A stretch of DNA of 64,000 nt from the NCBI RefSeq assembly GCF_011745625.1, contig NW_027191461.1:372001-436000 (forward strand), given 5' to 3'. The notes beneath the pieces are model-generated. The model was given only the letters and a program-made list of their open reading frames with translations, was not told where the DNA came from and ran no database searches. The position numbers were made by a program, and so were the translations under genes. This document shows, piece by piece, positions 34,944 to 47,430 of this stretch (within the stretch, counting starts at the first letter, position 1; each line of letters begins with the position of its first letter). This DNA is from Cladosporium halotolerans (taxonomy: Eukaryota).

Positions 34944-37408
34944 AGAGCTGCACAGCATCTCGACTTATGAAGCTCAAGTAGGGAGGCTTCTGGGAAATTC
35001 AGAGTGATCTGAAGATAGCCGGCAGACCTGCTGAGCGATGGCGTCTATCTATATTACGCCTGACGTGAAAGGGGCAGGCACGGCATACTTCCTATGGTAT
35101 ACAGAAGTTACGAGAGCGACTTCATGACAGTAACAGCAGCGTCACATCAGCGGAGGGCGACGTCTCACCGGCGAGTCTCATCGGGAATGGTTTGCCTGTA
35201 TGTCTGAGCCGAGTTACTCTTAGATGCATGTCGCTATTTTCGGGCATCACCATGTCGGGTTTCTTGCAATATATGTTCATAGTTTGCATACTATCTGCGG
35301 TGCACGCGCGGCGGATGGCATCCGGTTGGCCGTCGCGGAAGCGATGAGCAGGTCCTCAGTCGCATTTGTAACCTCTCAGCGGCACTATACTGCAGAAATG
35401 GTGTAGTGTATCCTGCCATGGGTGGAAGAATACGCGATCACATGACTGATTCATCATGCGGGTGCTATTTAGCGCGGACGACTGAGAGCCAGTAGATGGT
35501 GAATCGCCAGGCGTGGGGCTTCGTCAGCGCTTGCGGTAATGCGGGCTGCTGCACTTACGGTACGGGGATGCATGAAGCACACAGTACAGGTGCTGAGAGA
35601 AGCGGTTGAGGCTATGGGTATTCATGGTCTTTCCCCCTGCGTTCCTTTGCAGGTAACTTCAGCACATGGTCCAGACGACGAGTATGTACGTCTGCGTGGA
35701 CTGGGAGGTATCGCTTGCATTTGCGGTAATCTGAGTTGGGCGCATCGTGTGTAAAGCGGCAGTGGGATGAGCACAAAATGCTCCAAAGAGAGTGTCGGAC
35801 TATGTGCCGCCCATCCAAGTGATGCGTGTTTATAGTTCCAGGGAAGTATTGAGACGAATACCTCGCTATTGGGGCTAGGGACTGCACGCGGAACCCGGAG
35901 AGGAAAGACGCCTGCTAGGGAAGGGCATAGACGAGTCGTCTTGAGATGCGGACCTCCTCCTTTCAATGCATGTTTATATAAGGTGCGGACCGTTCTAGTC
36001 TTCCAAGATACAAATGAACGCCATGATCGTGGATGCGACAGGGTTGATACGGCGAGAGCAGTTTGGTAATCTGGCGGGCCGCAATCCTGAAGGGCGGCCC
36101 TAACGTTCCGCGACCTTAGACTTTCTGTGGCTTGAAGAAACTCAAGTCGAGGCGAGCGCGTAGGACTCCCCGCGGCAGATGTACACTGTTGTAGTACACG
36201 GGTGTGGGAAGGGCTCGTCCTGACATGCACGTGCTATTGCCATCAAGCCGTCAAGCAGCAGGGGTGAAGAAAACACCAACGAAACCAACATGGACAGCCA
36301 TCCTCATGGCTGCAAGTGTCCGGCATGGTGGAGGCACTTGGCAGCGAATGGGCGAGCGTGGAGGCAGATCCCGCACGAGCACTGATTCCGGGTGGCAAGA
36401 CGGCGACCTCTGCTTCGTCCACTGCCATGCAGCTGGCACGAGGTCAAACACTCGTTGGAGACGCCATCCTCCCGCGCTCCATCCTTGGGCGGGCGTCTAT
36501 GCAGGCAGCCCGCTGGCGCCTTCAGCTGTGCCACCAGCACCCTATGATCCCTATCCCGCCCGGGGCTGCCATCGGCGACATTTGCCTCGCCCATGTCAGA
36601 CTGCGATCCGCTCTCCTTGCTCCTCCCTACCTTTCCTCTCCTCAGACAACACTTCTGGAGAACACCACAAATGATTATACCACGCCGGCCGGCCACCCGC
36701 ACACCCTCTGGCGATCGAGACGCTAGGGAAGTCTGAGACCCTCCATCGACCAAGTCCGTGGTTCGGTAGCAGGAATCCGTCCGCAGCCGCCCGCCCGTCG
36801 CTCTTTTCCCTTGCTCCCATCCCCCACAAAGTCACACGGACACAGCGGCGCAAGCAACTTTCACACTCCCACCAGACATCCTGGACGGCAGGCCGGCGGG
36901 CTGCCCAGTATATGTCGTCCACGTAGCAAGCATCGCCACTCGAGGCTCGTCGCTGCGTCGCGCTGCCCGCTGAACAAGATCTGCCCTGCGTCTGCCGGCA
37001 GAGACAGCGCCAAAGCCCATCGGGAACTCCGTCTGCCTTGCGGTGGCGGTGCACACGCGGCTGCCGACCACTCTCCACTGCCTGCAACGGCCATGCAGGT
37101 TGTCGTGCTGCTCGGCCAGGAATAGCATACTGCCAGAAGGTGCTTTCTTTTCTATTCCTCGTTGTCGTCGTGTTCCTTGCTTTTCGTACATCATCTAAAG
37201 GTAGCTCTGCGCTGGACGCTGACTATCGCCGTTCCCCAGTCCGACTGCCCTCTGAAATCAAGCCGCTCACGCCTATCAAGCGACAAGACTCAAAGAAAAC
37301 GCTTGCGCTCGTCGTACGCTCGGTCTTATACATGGCCAACAATCACATTCTCGCATAGTGTTCTTGCGGCGCCGTGAAGACCGGTCGTTGAGCGCTCGTT
37401 CTCCAACG

Positions 37409-40400
37409 ATGTTGCCTCGAACCAAATCCTTCGATGAACCACCTATACAGCCTACTACGCAGCCCACACCTCCCGTACACCGACAGAATCGCTTTGCGAC
37501 CAACATCCGCCATGATCTACCAAGTCGCATTCCTACGAAAGCCGGCACACTGCAGCAAGCATCAAGTAAGAGCGCGCAGCACATACCAAGATTAGCGAGC
37601 AAGTCTGGTCGGAGCATTTCATCTTCAGATCATGCCGTTTATCAAGGCGAGCCCGGCACAGCGACACCGCCCGCCTCGTTGACAGCCGCGCGTCAGGATG
37701 CGCTGGGCGCACAAGAAGACCGTGTGCGACCACACTCTAAGGCGGCTTCGCAACCACGAAGACGACTGAGTCGCACTACGAATCTTCAACCACCGCCCAC
37801 TACTAGGACACCATCACTTGTCTCTGGCTCATCCCTCCAGTCATTCGAAAGCCCAAGATCGCATGGCCTGCGCAGAAAACCGTCGACAATCAGTTCATTC
37901 ACCGCGCAACGGCGAGAACAAGGGCCAAAAGTGGAGGTGGAAGGCCATGTCGCAATGGATTCTCGCGGCAGAGGAGATCAGGATTCTCTTCACGATGACG
38001 ATGCCGTGCTGGGTATCCAACTGCCACCGACCAGCAAATCTGGATATCAGGGTGCCTTTCTCAAATCTGCTACCCCAGCGGCCCGATTGCCCAACCTGGA
38101 CACACAGAACATAATCGCAACACGAGATCTCACGCCACCCGTCCCTGGTCTTTCGCATTCGGCTACGCCGTCATCTAGATATGCAGACTCGCCGTATAGT
38201 CACGTTCCCACGCCGAGCTCCGCATCGTCTTACTCCAACGGCGTTGCTGCAGTCTCTACCGATAACACCACATATTCATCTTCTACTTCATCACCGTCTT
38301 GCCCAGCGCGTACAGCGAAGACGGTCGGGACGGACGCTGATTCACGGGCCCTGCCGCCAGTCCGCGAATCCTCAACATCCTCTTCCAATTCAACTGTCAA
38401 AGCCAGGGATCATCGAAAGCCAAGCAATGTCGGCAAGGTGCTTGCTCCGTCTCATCCATCTCACACGGCGAAAGCAACGGGACAACGACGAGGCTTAGCC
38501 TCGCGAACCATATCTACGAATAGTAATCACTCAGATCGAGTGTCTCCTCAAGTCCCACCCGAACTCGCGCACCTGAACGTTGACATTCCACCTGGACCGA
38601 GAATGAGCACGACACTCCCTCCGAGAAGGCCGAGCCGAAGTCGAACACCCAGTCTCAATGATGTAAACGACCCTTCGCCGGTTGTGCAAAGTGATTTGCC
38701 TCCGCATTACGCGACATACCACAAGCGAACGCCATCACAGGACACGAACGGCTCCGCCACGTCAACAAGCTTCAGAAGTCGCTTCGGGTTTTCTCCCAGG
38801 TCTTCGTCAAAGCAAGGATCGCCTCGGGTCGACTCGGCTTTCTCGCCTTCTCCAACAATCAATAAGGGAGCCCGGTTCCCGACACCGGATTTGGCAACAT
38901 CGCAGGGCCCGAAAGTGTTGCGCAAGGATTCACCTGCCATAACCCAGTCGCCATCCCCATCACCAGCTCCTTCCAAGTCGCCGCGGTTCAGTTTCTTGTC
39001 GCGAAAATCAAAAGCCAGTATCGAGAAGTCAACGGAGAAGCCCAAGCGGGAACCTCGGAAAGGGCCTGTCGCCGGTACAGGTCATGAAAAATATGCCCGA
39101 TTCGGGTTCCGTGGCCGCAGCGGCAGCACAACAAGCTCCCAAGCAAACAGTCGTACGCCGAGTGCAGACAGCAGCGCAAGTGGTGGTTCGAGATTCGGAT
39201 TCAGGCGGAAGGGCAGCAACACTAGCGAGGAAGGATCAGACATGGACGAATTCCTGCGGGAACGCTTAAACCCTGTCGTGCTGCGGGGAAGTGGTAACAC
39301 ATTTGGGACACAGACCTCGATATGGGCTTCTCATGGCGAAGAGTCAAGCAGTTCCCAGTCCTCGGACAACATTCCGCAACCACAACTACTACCCTCCGAA
39401 ATGTGTGCTGAGCAGGATCGGGTCCCCGTTGGCACGATGCCTTCCAAACAACGATCGCGGTCTGACAGCCATTGTAGCAGCGTCTCTGCCAGAGGCTCTG
39501 CTGCAAACGATTCAGCGCTAAGGCAGCCTTCTGCACAACATATCAAAGCTCCCCACGGCGACTCCCTTGCGGAGACGACCATCGGCACTCAAGGGTCTTC
39601 ACAGACATTGCCATTGGATAATGCTGAGAGTGGAAAAGCAGCACCACGGCGTCAAGATACCACCCCCGCTCCAGAGGTATCAAAGGAAGGCAAAGAGGGT
39701 TTGTGGCTTCGTCCTCTGAAAAAAGAGCAACGTTATCATTCTGCACAGAAGCTACAGCAACCTCATCATCCTGCGCAAGCTCTGGAGTACCCAAGTCATC
39801 CGGCACAGAGGCTTAGGCACAAGTTCAACTTCTTTCAGCGTGCGCAGCATGACAGCAAGTCTAAAATCAGCTCTGATGGGACGGCGGTGCCACCGCAAAA
39901 TACATATCAGGACGCTGTGCACCTTGGTATCATCGATGCGGTAGAACCGGTGGACCTGTCAGAGGTCGAGCGGATTGTCCAAGAGCACGACAAGTCTAAT
40001 ACAAATTCGCCCGCCCGAAGGAAGCGTTTGTCACGTATGCTCTCCTCCGAAAGCAAGCGGAGCAACCGGTGGGCGTCGCCAGGGATTGATCCGTTTCGCG
40101 TGAGTGACAGCTCAGATGCCAAAAGACTTTCGCCCAGTGTGATGGCCAGTCAAAACTTGTGGGAGTCTCCGGAGCTGCTCCAGGCGCGGGCAGTCGTATC
40201 AAAGCATCCCGCCCAGATCGTTCAGATGAAGGTAGCTCCGCCGCCCATGACGTTGCCTGACACGTCTAGAAAGCAGGCGCAAGATGTCACTCAGACTGTC
40301 TCTACGCCTGAACTTGTTCACGACACAGGTGACACCCCTGAGACCCCACGATCAGTCGACATAGCTCGCCAGCCCCGGCTCTCACCAGTGGGTAGGATAC

Positions 40401-42412
40401 CCGCGGTGGTTTCAAAACGTGATCGAGACCGGCGTCTGCCCGACAACTCGTTCTCGCGACCGTTCGCCACTGGTCAGCCTCGTCCGACCGTCCGTCCGCC
40501 AGGCTCGCTTTACAATCAAATCCGAGACCTTGCGAGTCCAGTTGAGCTCGCCTCGCAACCAGTGTCAAGTACCAGCGGCAGATCCGACAGCGCTTCGGTG
40601 GCAAACCAAAGCAGTGTCAACGCAGATCAACCTAGCGCCTCAACCAACCGGTCTAGCTTTGACTTCTATGCCGGCAACGACTTCATCACGTTTGCGCCTA
40701 GGAAGGACTCGGATCTGACTTATTCCTCGAGTAGCTCTGGGAACTGGAATTGGATGTCTTCCATGCCTGCTCATGCGCAGGAGGACGACATCTGGAACGA
40801 GTATAATGATTTGATGGACGATGTAATGCCTGAAAAGACGCCTTTGTCTGCGGGCTCGTCTCTGGGAGCGCCATTTCAATATGCTGGCATGCTGCACGAT
40901 CAACGGAGCCCAGCTATGCCTGCTCCGTTGAACGTGGAGCGACAGCCTTCGCAGCAGCACCAGAATGAGCCACCTGTCTCTCGACAGATCGGTGGCGCCC
41001 GTGACTCCCTTGCGCCACCGGATCAAGACTGCAGCCTCACGCAATTGCCAGTGTCACCTATGGCCCCAGCAGAGTTCGAAGCGGTGGCTATCGCCGAATC
41101 ACAAAACGATGACCGCTTCACAAGCCGTCCTGTTTCACCCTTGACTCCAGACACATTGGCTCGTTTCGTCGGTACATACGGCGACTGCAGTGCAACTTCC
41201 TCGATCCTGCAGCATCGACTCAGCATTCCCCAATCAAACATGTCCGGCTTGCCTATGGCAAATGGCAGCATCTCTTCTCGCCATAGCCGAAGCTCCAGGC
41301 ACTCCAGATCTACATCACTTCCGGAAGCCAATGCCCGCGACTCCCAAATCAGCGTGGGAACGGCCGCTCCATTCAACCGTGATACCCAACTTTTGGACAT
41401 TCCTGAGTATCATACTGGCCAGAAGTCGTCAACACCAAATCTGCGTTTCGGCGCACTCATGACCAGCAAGTGGCTCTCCTTTGGACGTGTCCTATTCAGT
41501 CCGGCTCACAATGAAGTACGCTTGGCCGACGAACCGCGCATTCTGGTCGTAGACGGCCTTGGAGATGACTGGTCGCATTACGTCGCAGCCTCGTATCCGA
41601 ATGCCGCGGTCTGCAATCTCAGTGTCTCCCCGGCCGCTTCTGTTGAGTCCTCTGGCTGGGATGCTCTTCCCAACTACCGCCACTACGACCACACTTCGCT
41701 CTCTGCGCCTTTCCCGTTCCCCAAAGGCTTTTTCACCGTCGTGGTGTTTCGCTTTCCGGTCGCTACGACCGAGTCCGCTTACCAAGCATGCATCTTCGAG
41801 AGCAAGCGTGTGCTGCGCCCTGGCGGACACCTCGAGGTCGTGGCCCTCGACATCGACATGATGAACATGGGGATCCGCGGACGCAGGGCTCTTCGAGGCC
41901 TAAAGACGCGGATGCAACAGCGCGATCAGGACGTTAGCCTTCGCAATCTGAGCGATGTCATGGTCCGCATGATCGGTCGCCGCGGCTTTGAGAGCGTGCA
42001 GCGCTGTATTGTTGGCGTTCCCGCCGCAGGTCGAATTCCACGCAGCGACGACGTCCGCAGCTCCAGCTGCTCTTCGAGGTCTACCGGCGGCCGCCCGCAC
42101 AGAAGCGACAGCAGCAGCACCGACTCGCAAGATAAAGACTTCAGCTTCGCCACGCTCTTGCAGAACAACCGCGAAAGCCAGCTCGTCGGGCCAGGCCGCG
42201 CCAACGACGAAGGCATCACCAAGATGGTGGCCAGAGTCGGCCGCTGGTGGTACTCGGCTTGCTACGAGCAGCAGCTCCTCGAGACAGACAAGAGCGTCTG
42301 GCAGGAGCCGGGCTTGCTGCGCGAGTGCGAGAAGCAAGGAACCAGTTTCCGCCTGCTCATATGCTGCGCCCAGAAGCCTCTCCAAACCCGCAGGCGGACG
42401 GTGAGTGTGTGA
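37409..42412 (+). CDS. Large Ser/Pro-rich protein with C-terminal SAM-dependent methyltransferase-like domain
   Basis: About 1667-aa uninterrupted ORF; RILVVDGLG..DWS, FPFPKGFFTVVVFRFP, ESKRVLRPGGHLE motifs; exact start uncertain. Confidence 0.85.
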   Translation: MLPRTKSFDEPPIQPTTQPTPPVHRQNRFATNIRHDLPSRIPTKAGTLQQASSKSAQHIPRLASKSGRSISSSDHAVYQGEPGTATPPASLTAARQDALGAQEDRVRPHSKAASQPRRRLSRTTNLQPPPTTRTPSLVSGSSLQSFESPRSHGLRRKPSTISSFTAQRREQGPKVEVEGHVAMDSRGRGDQDSLHDDDAVLGIQLPPTSKSGYQGAFLKSATPAARLPNLDTQNIIATRDLTPPVPGLSHSATPSSRYADSPYSHVPTPSSASSYSNGVAAVSTDNTTYSSSTSSPSCPARTAKTVGTDADSRALPPVRESSTSSSNSTVKARDHRKPSNVGKVLAPSHPSHTAKATGQRRGLASRTISTNSNHSDRVSPQVPPELAHLNVDIPPGPRMSTTLPPRRPSRSRTPSLNDVNDPSPVVQSDLPPHYATYHKRTPSQDTNGSATSTSFRSRFGFSPRSSSKQGSPRVDSAFSPSPTINKGARFPTPDLATSQGPKVLRKDSPAITQSPSPSPAPSKSPRFSFLSRKSKASIEKSTEKPKREPRKGPVAGTGHEKYARFGFRGRSGSTTSSQANSRTPSADSSASGGSRFGFRRKGSNTSEEGSDMDEFLRERLNPVVLRGSGNTFGTQTSIWASHGEESSSSQSSDNIPQPQLLPSEMCAEQDRVPVGTMPSKQRSRSDSHCSSVSARGSAANDSALRQPSAQHIKAPHGDSLAETTIGTQGSSQTLPLDNAESGKAAPRRQDTTPAPEVSKEGKEGLWLRPLKKEQRYHSAQKLQQPHHPAQALEYPSHPAQRLRHKFNFFQRAQHDSKSKISSDGTAVPPQNTYQDAVHLGIIDAVEPVDLSEVERIVQEHDKSNTNSPARRKRLSRMLSSESKRSNRWASPGIDPFRVSDSSDAKRLSPSVMASQNLWESPELLQARAVVSKHPAQIVQMKVAPPPMTLPDTSRKQAQDVTQTVSTPELVHDTGDTPETPRSVDIARQPRLSPVGRIPAVVSKRDRDRRLPDNSFSRPFATGQPRPTVRPPGSLYNQIRDLASPVELASQPVSSTSGRSDSASVANQSSVNADQPSASTNRSSFDFYAGNDFITFAPRKDSDLTYSSSSSGNWNWMSSMPAHAQEDDIWNEYNDLMDDVMPEKTPLSAGSSLGAPFQYAGMLHDQRSPAMPAPLNVERQPSQQHQNEPPVSRQIGGARDSLAPPDQDCSLTQLPVSPMAPAEFEAVAIAESQNDDRFTSRPVSPLTPDTLARFVGTYGDCSATSSILQHRLSIPQSNMSGLPMANGSISSRHSRSSRHSRSTSLPEANARDSQISVGTAAPFNRDTQLLDIPEYHTGQKSSTPNLRFGALMTSKWLSFGRVLFSPAHNEVRLADEPRILVVDGLGDDWSHYVAASYPNAAVCNLSVSPAASVESSGWDALPNYRHYDHTSLSAPFPFPKGFFTVVVFRFPVATTESAYQACIFESKRVLRPGGHLEVVALDIDMMNMGIRGRRALRGLKTRMQQRDQDVSLRNLSDVMVRMIGRRGFESVQRCIVGVPAAGRIPRSDDVRSSSCSSRSTGGRPHRSDSSSTDSQDKDFSFATLLQNNRESQLVGPGRANDEGITKMVARVGRWWYSACYEQQLLETDKSVWQEPGLLRECEKQGTSFRLLICCAQKPLQTRRRTVSV

Positions 42413-43264
42413 GCAAGACGCTTCACGGCGATTCTTCCCCTCCTCTCTCCTTGTTTCTGAAACGTTTTCACATTTATTCCTGTGAGATTTACGATTGATA
42501 CCACACAGGTAACGACAGGCTGGACCTATTGGATTCTCGTATTTCTTTGCTCAATGAGACAGGATGATATGGCGTTTGTCTTGTTATGGATGGACGGATT
42601 TATGATCATTCTTCTTGCGTACTGCTAAGGATTCTCGAGCATCTATTGCGGCTCTCCATTTTAATTCAGCCTTAGAATCGGGTTTCTTGTTTGTCTTTGC
42701 TGTACAGCCGATGTGGAAAGAGACTCACGACAGACAGAACAGACGCATCGAGGCCTCGCGGCCGCATGAATGATAACGAAGTAACGTTCTTCCAACATCT
42801 ATCTGTGTGGTACCAGTGAGACCCGTGCAGACCTGCAGTGCGTGATGATCGTGACGCGTTGGTGTCCTGAGCGTCTGTTGTTTGTCTCAAGAACGCTGCG
42901 GCCTCGCGGCGCACAGCCGGCGCCGCGAAAGCCGCATTCTTCTCCTTCCCTGAACCCTGTCATCAAACGCCCCGTCTGCCCGCCATTGCCTGCAGGAAGT
43001 CGCGCCAGCCGCGACTTTGTTGTCCACCTCACACCCAAAATCAACAAATACACAGATACAGCACCACACGACCAATTGCACTCTGCCAGCATCATCCGAC
43101 GTGCGCTGACCAAGGAAGTCTATCGCTGATGACGCAGCCTTAAAAGCCGGCCTTCCAACGCACCAGCCTCCCCCTCCACACCGGGGAGCCTACACCGCAA
43201 GGACCAGTCTGGACGGTCACCACCACGAACATCGCAATTACGAACCACCCGTGAGCTGCACAAG

Positions 43265-44398
43265 ATGTCTTCATCACCTCCTTTATCGCCTATACGGAAC
43301 TACATCAGCCCCATAGACACATCGCCCACGAATTCCTACCGCGAACAGCGCAGGAGACGCAACTCTAGCTTCTCGTCGAACCATGACCGAAGTCCCGTAA
43401 CTCCACGCTCACGACACCGTTCATCAATCGCCTCGAACTACTCGCAAAGCTCTCAAACAGCCGCGGACGGCGCTGGCGGCGGGGGCATGGGCAACCTGGC
43501 AGACGAGCTCGACCAGCTCTCCGACGACGAGGAATACGAGGAGGGAGCGACGGAAGACGCCCTGGACAACGCCGACAAGCAGCACGAGACGCAGGGCGAC
43601 GCAGCCGAAGGTGCCCGCGACTCCGGCATCGACGTCTCCTACTCGTCGAAGAAAAGCTCCCCGCGCTCCATCCGGAACTTCAGCAAACCGTTCGCGCAGA
43701 GCGAGAAGCCGCCCGACGAGGCCGAGGAGGACGAGCTGCAGGAGCGCCTGTCGCCGGAGCTGGAGGACTGCATCAGCGCCGTGCACCGCATGGCGCAGTA
43801 CTCGGACGCGACCGCCGACCCGCTCATCCCGCGCGTCGTCGCCCTCATGCACGACCTGGGCAACCAGTCCGGGCTGGAGTCCGGCGCGCAGCGCCTCAAC
43901 ACCAGCGCGAACAGCATGTCGACGCACCTGGGGAAGGAGACGAAGGTCCTGCAGGCGCTGGCCGCCAGCCTGTATTCGCCGTTCATCTTCTCGACGCCTC
44001 TGGATCTTGCGTCTGTGGAAGAGTCTCTGCCGCTGATCGAGGCGCTGCTCACGTCGCTTCCGCGGCCGGACACGGCTCCCCTGGTCGGGATCCAGAAACT
44101 CGGCCGCGAGACGGAAGCAACCGTGCAGGCTCTCGCGGGCCTGACGGACACGCTGCAGATGGGTAAGCAGACGACGAATGCCGCGTCACGGCACCTGCGC
44201 ACGACGCAGACGATGGTCGCGGACCTGAGGCGGGAGAGGGAGATGGCGGAAACCGCGCGCGAGGAGCTCTCGCGGAGCCCATGGGAGGAGCGGATAAAGG
44301 GCGGATGGTGCAAGAATGAGTGTCGGGATGTGGTCAGTGGGTTCGACGATGTGTGCAATGCGCTGCGCGAGAGTTTGGCGCGGAGCGTGGAAGCGTGA
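43265..44398 (+). CDS. Conserved fungal hypothetical protein, disordered N-terminus and helical/coiled-coil C-terminus
   Basis: 377-aa ORF with coding-like codon bias; GNLADEL and LGNQSGLE segments. Confidence 0.8.
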   Translation: MSSSPPLSPIRNYISPIDTSPTNSYREQRRRRNSSFSSNHDRSPVTPRSRHRSSIASNYSQSSQTAADGAGGGGMGNLADELDQLSDDEEYEEGATEDALDNADKQHETQGDAAEGARDSGIDVSYSSKKSSPRSIRNFSKPFAQSEKPPDEAEEDELQERLSPELEDCISAVHRMAQYSDATADPLIPRVVALMHDLGNQSGLESGAQRLNTSANSMSTHLGKETKVLQALAASLYSPFIFSTPLDLASVEESLPLIEALLTSLPRPDTAPLVGIQKLGRETEATVQALAGLTDTLQMGKQTTNAASRHLRTTQTMVADLRREREMAETAREELSRSPWEERIKGGWCKNECRDVVSGFDDVCNALRESLARSVEA

Positions 44399-45716
44399 GG
44401 GCTGTGCGCTTTGAGAGAGTTTCGTTCGTTCGTTCGGTCTAATCAGGACCGATTCATGATGGCGATGGAGATTGGGAATACCCTTCTTTTGTATTTGGGG
44501 ACGGCGTTTGCTGGGCATTGGGATAATACACGCTGCTTTGGCGGTTGGGTAACATGGGAATCTACACTAGAGTAGGTGGCATAGAGTGGTACAGGAACTC
44601 GAATACGAAATGCCACACGGCTGCATTGAATGGTAATGTTCCATTTCACACTTGGTCTTCTCCCAACAGGCTTCATAGGCTCTTCTTGAGTGCTCGGGAA
44701 TCGAACTAGGTCATCAGCTATTGAACACTAGGAATAATTGACGCATCAATTGCAACGCGAAGGCGCGTCAAGACGGCTTAAGGAAGTGTTTGGCTGAAGA
44801 TCAATAGCGTATCTAGCGTTGGTGGCCTTGCGGCTCGGTGGACTCTGCACAGCCGCTGAACCAAAGTCGCAACTTATGATGTGGTTCAGCGACGGATCAC
44901 CTTCCGCGCGACGACTACAAGTGTGATCATGCACGGTGTGGGCATGTCCTTGCGATGATTCCACTTTAGACGCAAAGTTAACTCGATCCTTCGAAACCTT
45001 TCTCACGGCGCCCATTGCGCCTTCACGACTTCATCGTCAAGGTGCGTTCTGTCAGACATAACTCCATTCTTTGCCATACCCACACATGCTATTTACAGCT
45101 ATGCCTTAGCGGAAACCGGATACATCGGATACTATTATGCTGGAGCACAATTTGCACGAGGGCACAGGTCTGCGGATGTGCGTAGGGTTCTGCGCAATAG
45201 CATTCTCCTAAAGTGAGTTCGGATCAGCGAACATTGGGTGATCATCGGCACTGCACAAGTGACATGCAGGGCAAACCAGCGCTCAGACGCTGTCAACGAC
45301 CGTGAACCTTACAACATGCACCCCAGTGCCCTCGTGCCGCTGCTCTGGAAGCGGACTGACGGTGTGAAGCCCGTAACTGTTCTGGCACGGGCCCTTCGAC
45401 AACTCCCTAGCGTGTTTGATATTGGCATGCTGCAAGCGAGTCGGAAAAATTAGAGTACCACCGAATAAGCCTCGGTGGCTCGCCTTGCAGCGATCCAACC
45501 CCGTCCCCGCCCAGCCCTCGGCCTTATATTGCACGAGGCAGGCGGACTAATAAGCCTAGCGGTATCTAGGCAAGCGAACATACCTTAGGTCCAGTGAAGG
45601 CTTGACTTCGAAACACCCTGGCTGCGCACCTTTGTATGGTGATTGAGTTCGTCCATTGGGCCCTAAGAATCGCCATGGCCTCATCTCCGAATGATACGAT
45701 GCCTTTCGTTGTTGGC

Positions 45717-45723
45717 TATATAA
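45717..45723 (+). promoter_or_regulatory. Putative TATA box of the pectin lyase gene
   Basis: TATATAA about 100 nt upstream of ATG 45820. Confidence 0.4.
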
Positions 45724-45819
45724 GTGCCGGCTTGATGCCAGTGGAAAAGTTCTCAATCATCGCTCATTCCCTCGTCAAGATTTCGTTACATTTCTTCGAA
45801 GAGATTCCGTTACATTAAC

Positions 45820-47019
45820 ATGAAGTTCTCTACTTTCGCGGCTGCGCTTGCCGGGCTGGCCTCCAACGCAGCAGCCATTGCTGTCTCTGGTGCCGCTGAG
45901 GGTTTCGCCAAGGGTGTCACCGGTGGCGGTTCTGCCTCGCCGGTCTACCCCAAGACCAACGCTGAGCTGGTCTCTTACCTCGGCGACTCCTCCCCTCGTG
46001 TCATCGTCCTGCAGAGGACCTTCGACTTCACCGGCACCGAGGGCACTACCTCAGCTACCGGCTGTGCCCCCTGGGGCACTGGCTCCGGTTGCCAGTTGGC
46101 GATCAACAAGGACAACTGGTGCAAGAACTACCAGTCAAGCGCTCCGAGCGTCAATGTGAAGTATGACAACGCCGGTCAGCTCGGAATCACCGTTGCCTCC
46201 AAGAAGACCCTCCTCGGTCAGGGCAGTGCCGGTATAATCAAGGGCAAAGGTCTCCGTATCGTTTCTGGCGCGAACAACATCATCATCCAGAACGTTCACA
46301 TTACCAACTTGAACCCTCACTACGTCTGGGGTGGCGATGCTATCACTCTCGACGGTGCTGATATGGTTTGGATCGACCACGTCAAGGTATGGATATCGAA
46401 GAGACGATGAACTTTTCGAAATAGTACTAACGAAACGTAGACCTCCCTCATTGGCCGCCAGCACATCGTCCTCGGAAACAGCGCCAGCCAGCGTGTCACC
46501 ATCTCCAACTCTGAGATCGACGGTTCCTCCACCTGGTCCGCCACCTGCGACAACCACCACTACTGGGCTCTGTACTTCACCGGCTCCAGCGACCTCGTAA
46601 CCCTCAAGGGCAACTACATCCACCACACCAGCGGCCGCAGCCCCAAGGTCGGCGGCAACACGCTCCTCCACGCCGTCAACAACTACTGGTACGCCAACAG
46701 CGGCCACGCCTTCGAAGTCGGCTCCGGCGCCTCCATCGTCGCCGAAGGCAACGTCTTCCAGAACGTGGCCTCTCCCATCGACTCCGGCACCACCGGCGGC
46801 CAGATCTTCACCGCCCCGAGCCCCAGCGCCAACGCCGTCTGCTCCTCCACTCTCGGCCACACTTGCCAGGTCAACGCTTTCGGCAGCTCCGGCTCGTTCA
46901 ACAGCATTGGCAACACCAACTTCCTGTCCAACTTCAAGGGCAAGAACGTCGCTTCTGCCGCGCCTGCTTCTGGCGTTGTTGCCAGCGTTGGCAAGAATGC
47001 TGGTTACGGCAAGATCTAA
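45820..47019 (+). CDS. Pectin lyase (polysaccharide lyase family 1); intron 46387-46440
   Basis: Signal peptide; [39 protein letters not shown] motifs; GTATGG..CTAAC..TAG intron. Confidence 0.95.
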
Positions 47020-47430
47020 GGGTTGAGCTTTGGGATTTGCTGGACCTTTTATCATTCGCTTGAGGATGCAAATTTTTGGGGTTCTTAGGGTAAGGGTTGG
47101 GGTTGTCAGCCCTTTCATAGCAATTATTACTTATTATTTGGGAATCAATATTTCTGTTCATTGTTTGACGTTTGGCTGTTGGTGCTAATGCGAGACTTCA
47201 TTTGAATGCTTTGTGCGTCTTGAATCATTCCACGGCCCGAAAGGTGAAGTGGTACGTGATATTGTGAAGCTGTTGTGTGAATGTGGTAAGACGAGGCTTT
47301 TTCGTTCATGCTGACACCCCACGTCAAGCTCATACTATTGACCCTAAGCATCAAGCGACACGTTTGATCTTACGGGTTCGAAGGACCTCCGCGGAGATGA
47401 GCATTCGCAGCTTACGCAAAATGTACGCCC

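Noticed and set aside
35500..37350. ORFs of 100-200 aa upstream of the methyltransferase-like gene
   Set aside because: GC-rich overlapping ORFs on both strands without recognisable domains
46135..47118. 327-aa ORF antisense to the pectin lyase gene
   Set aside because: Antisense shadow of a codon-biased gene
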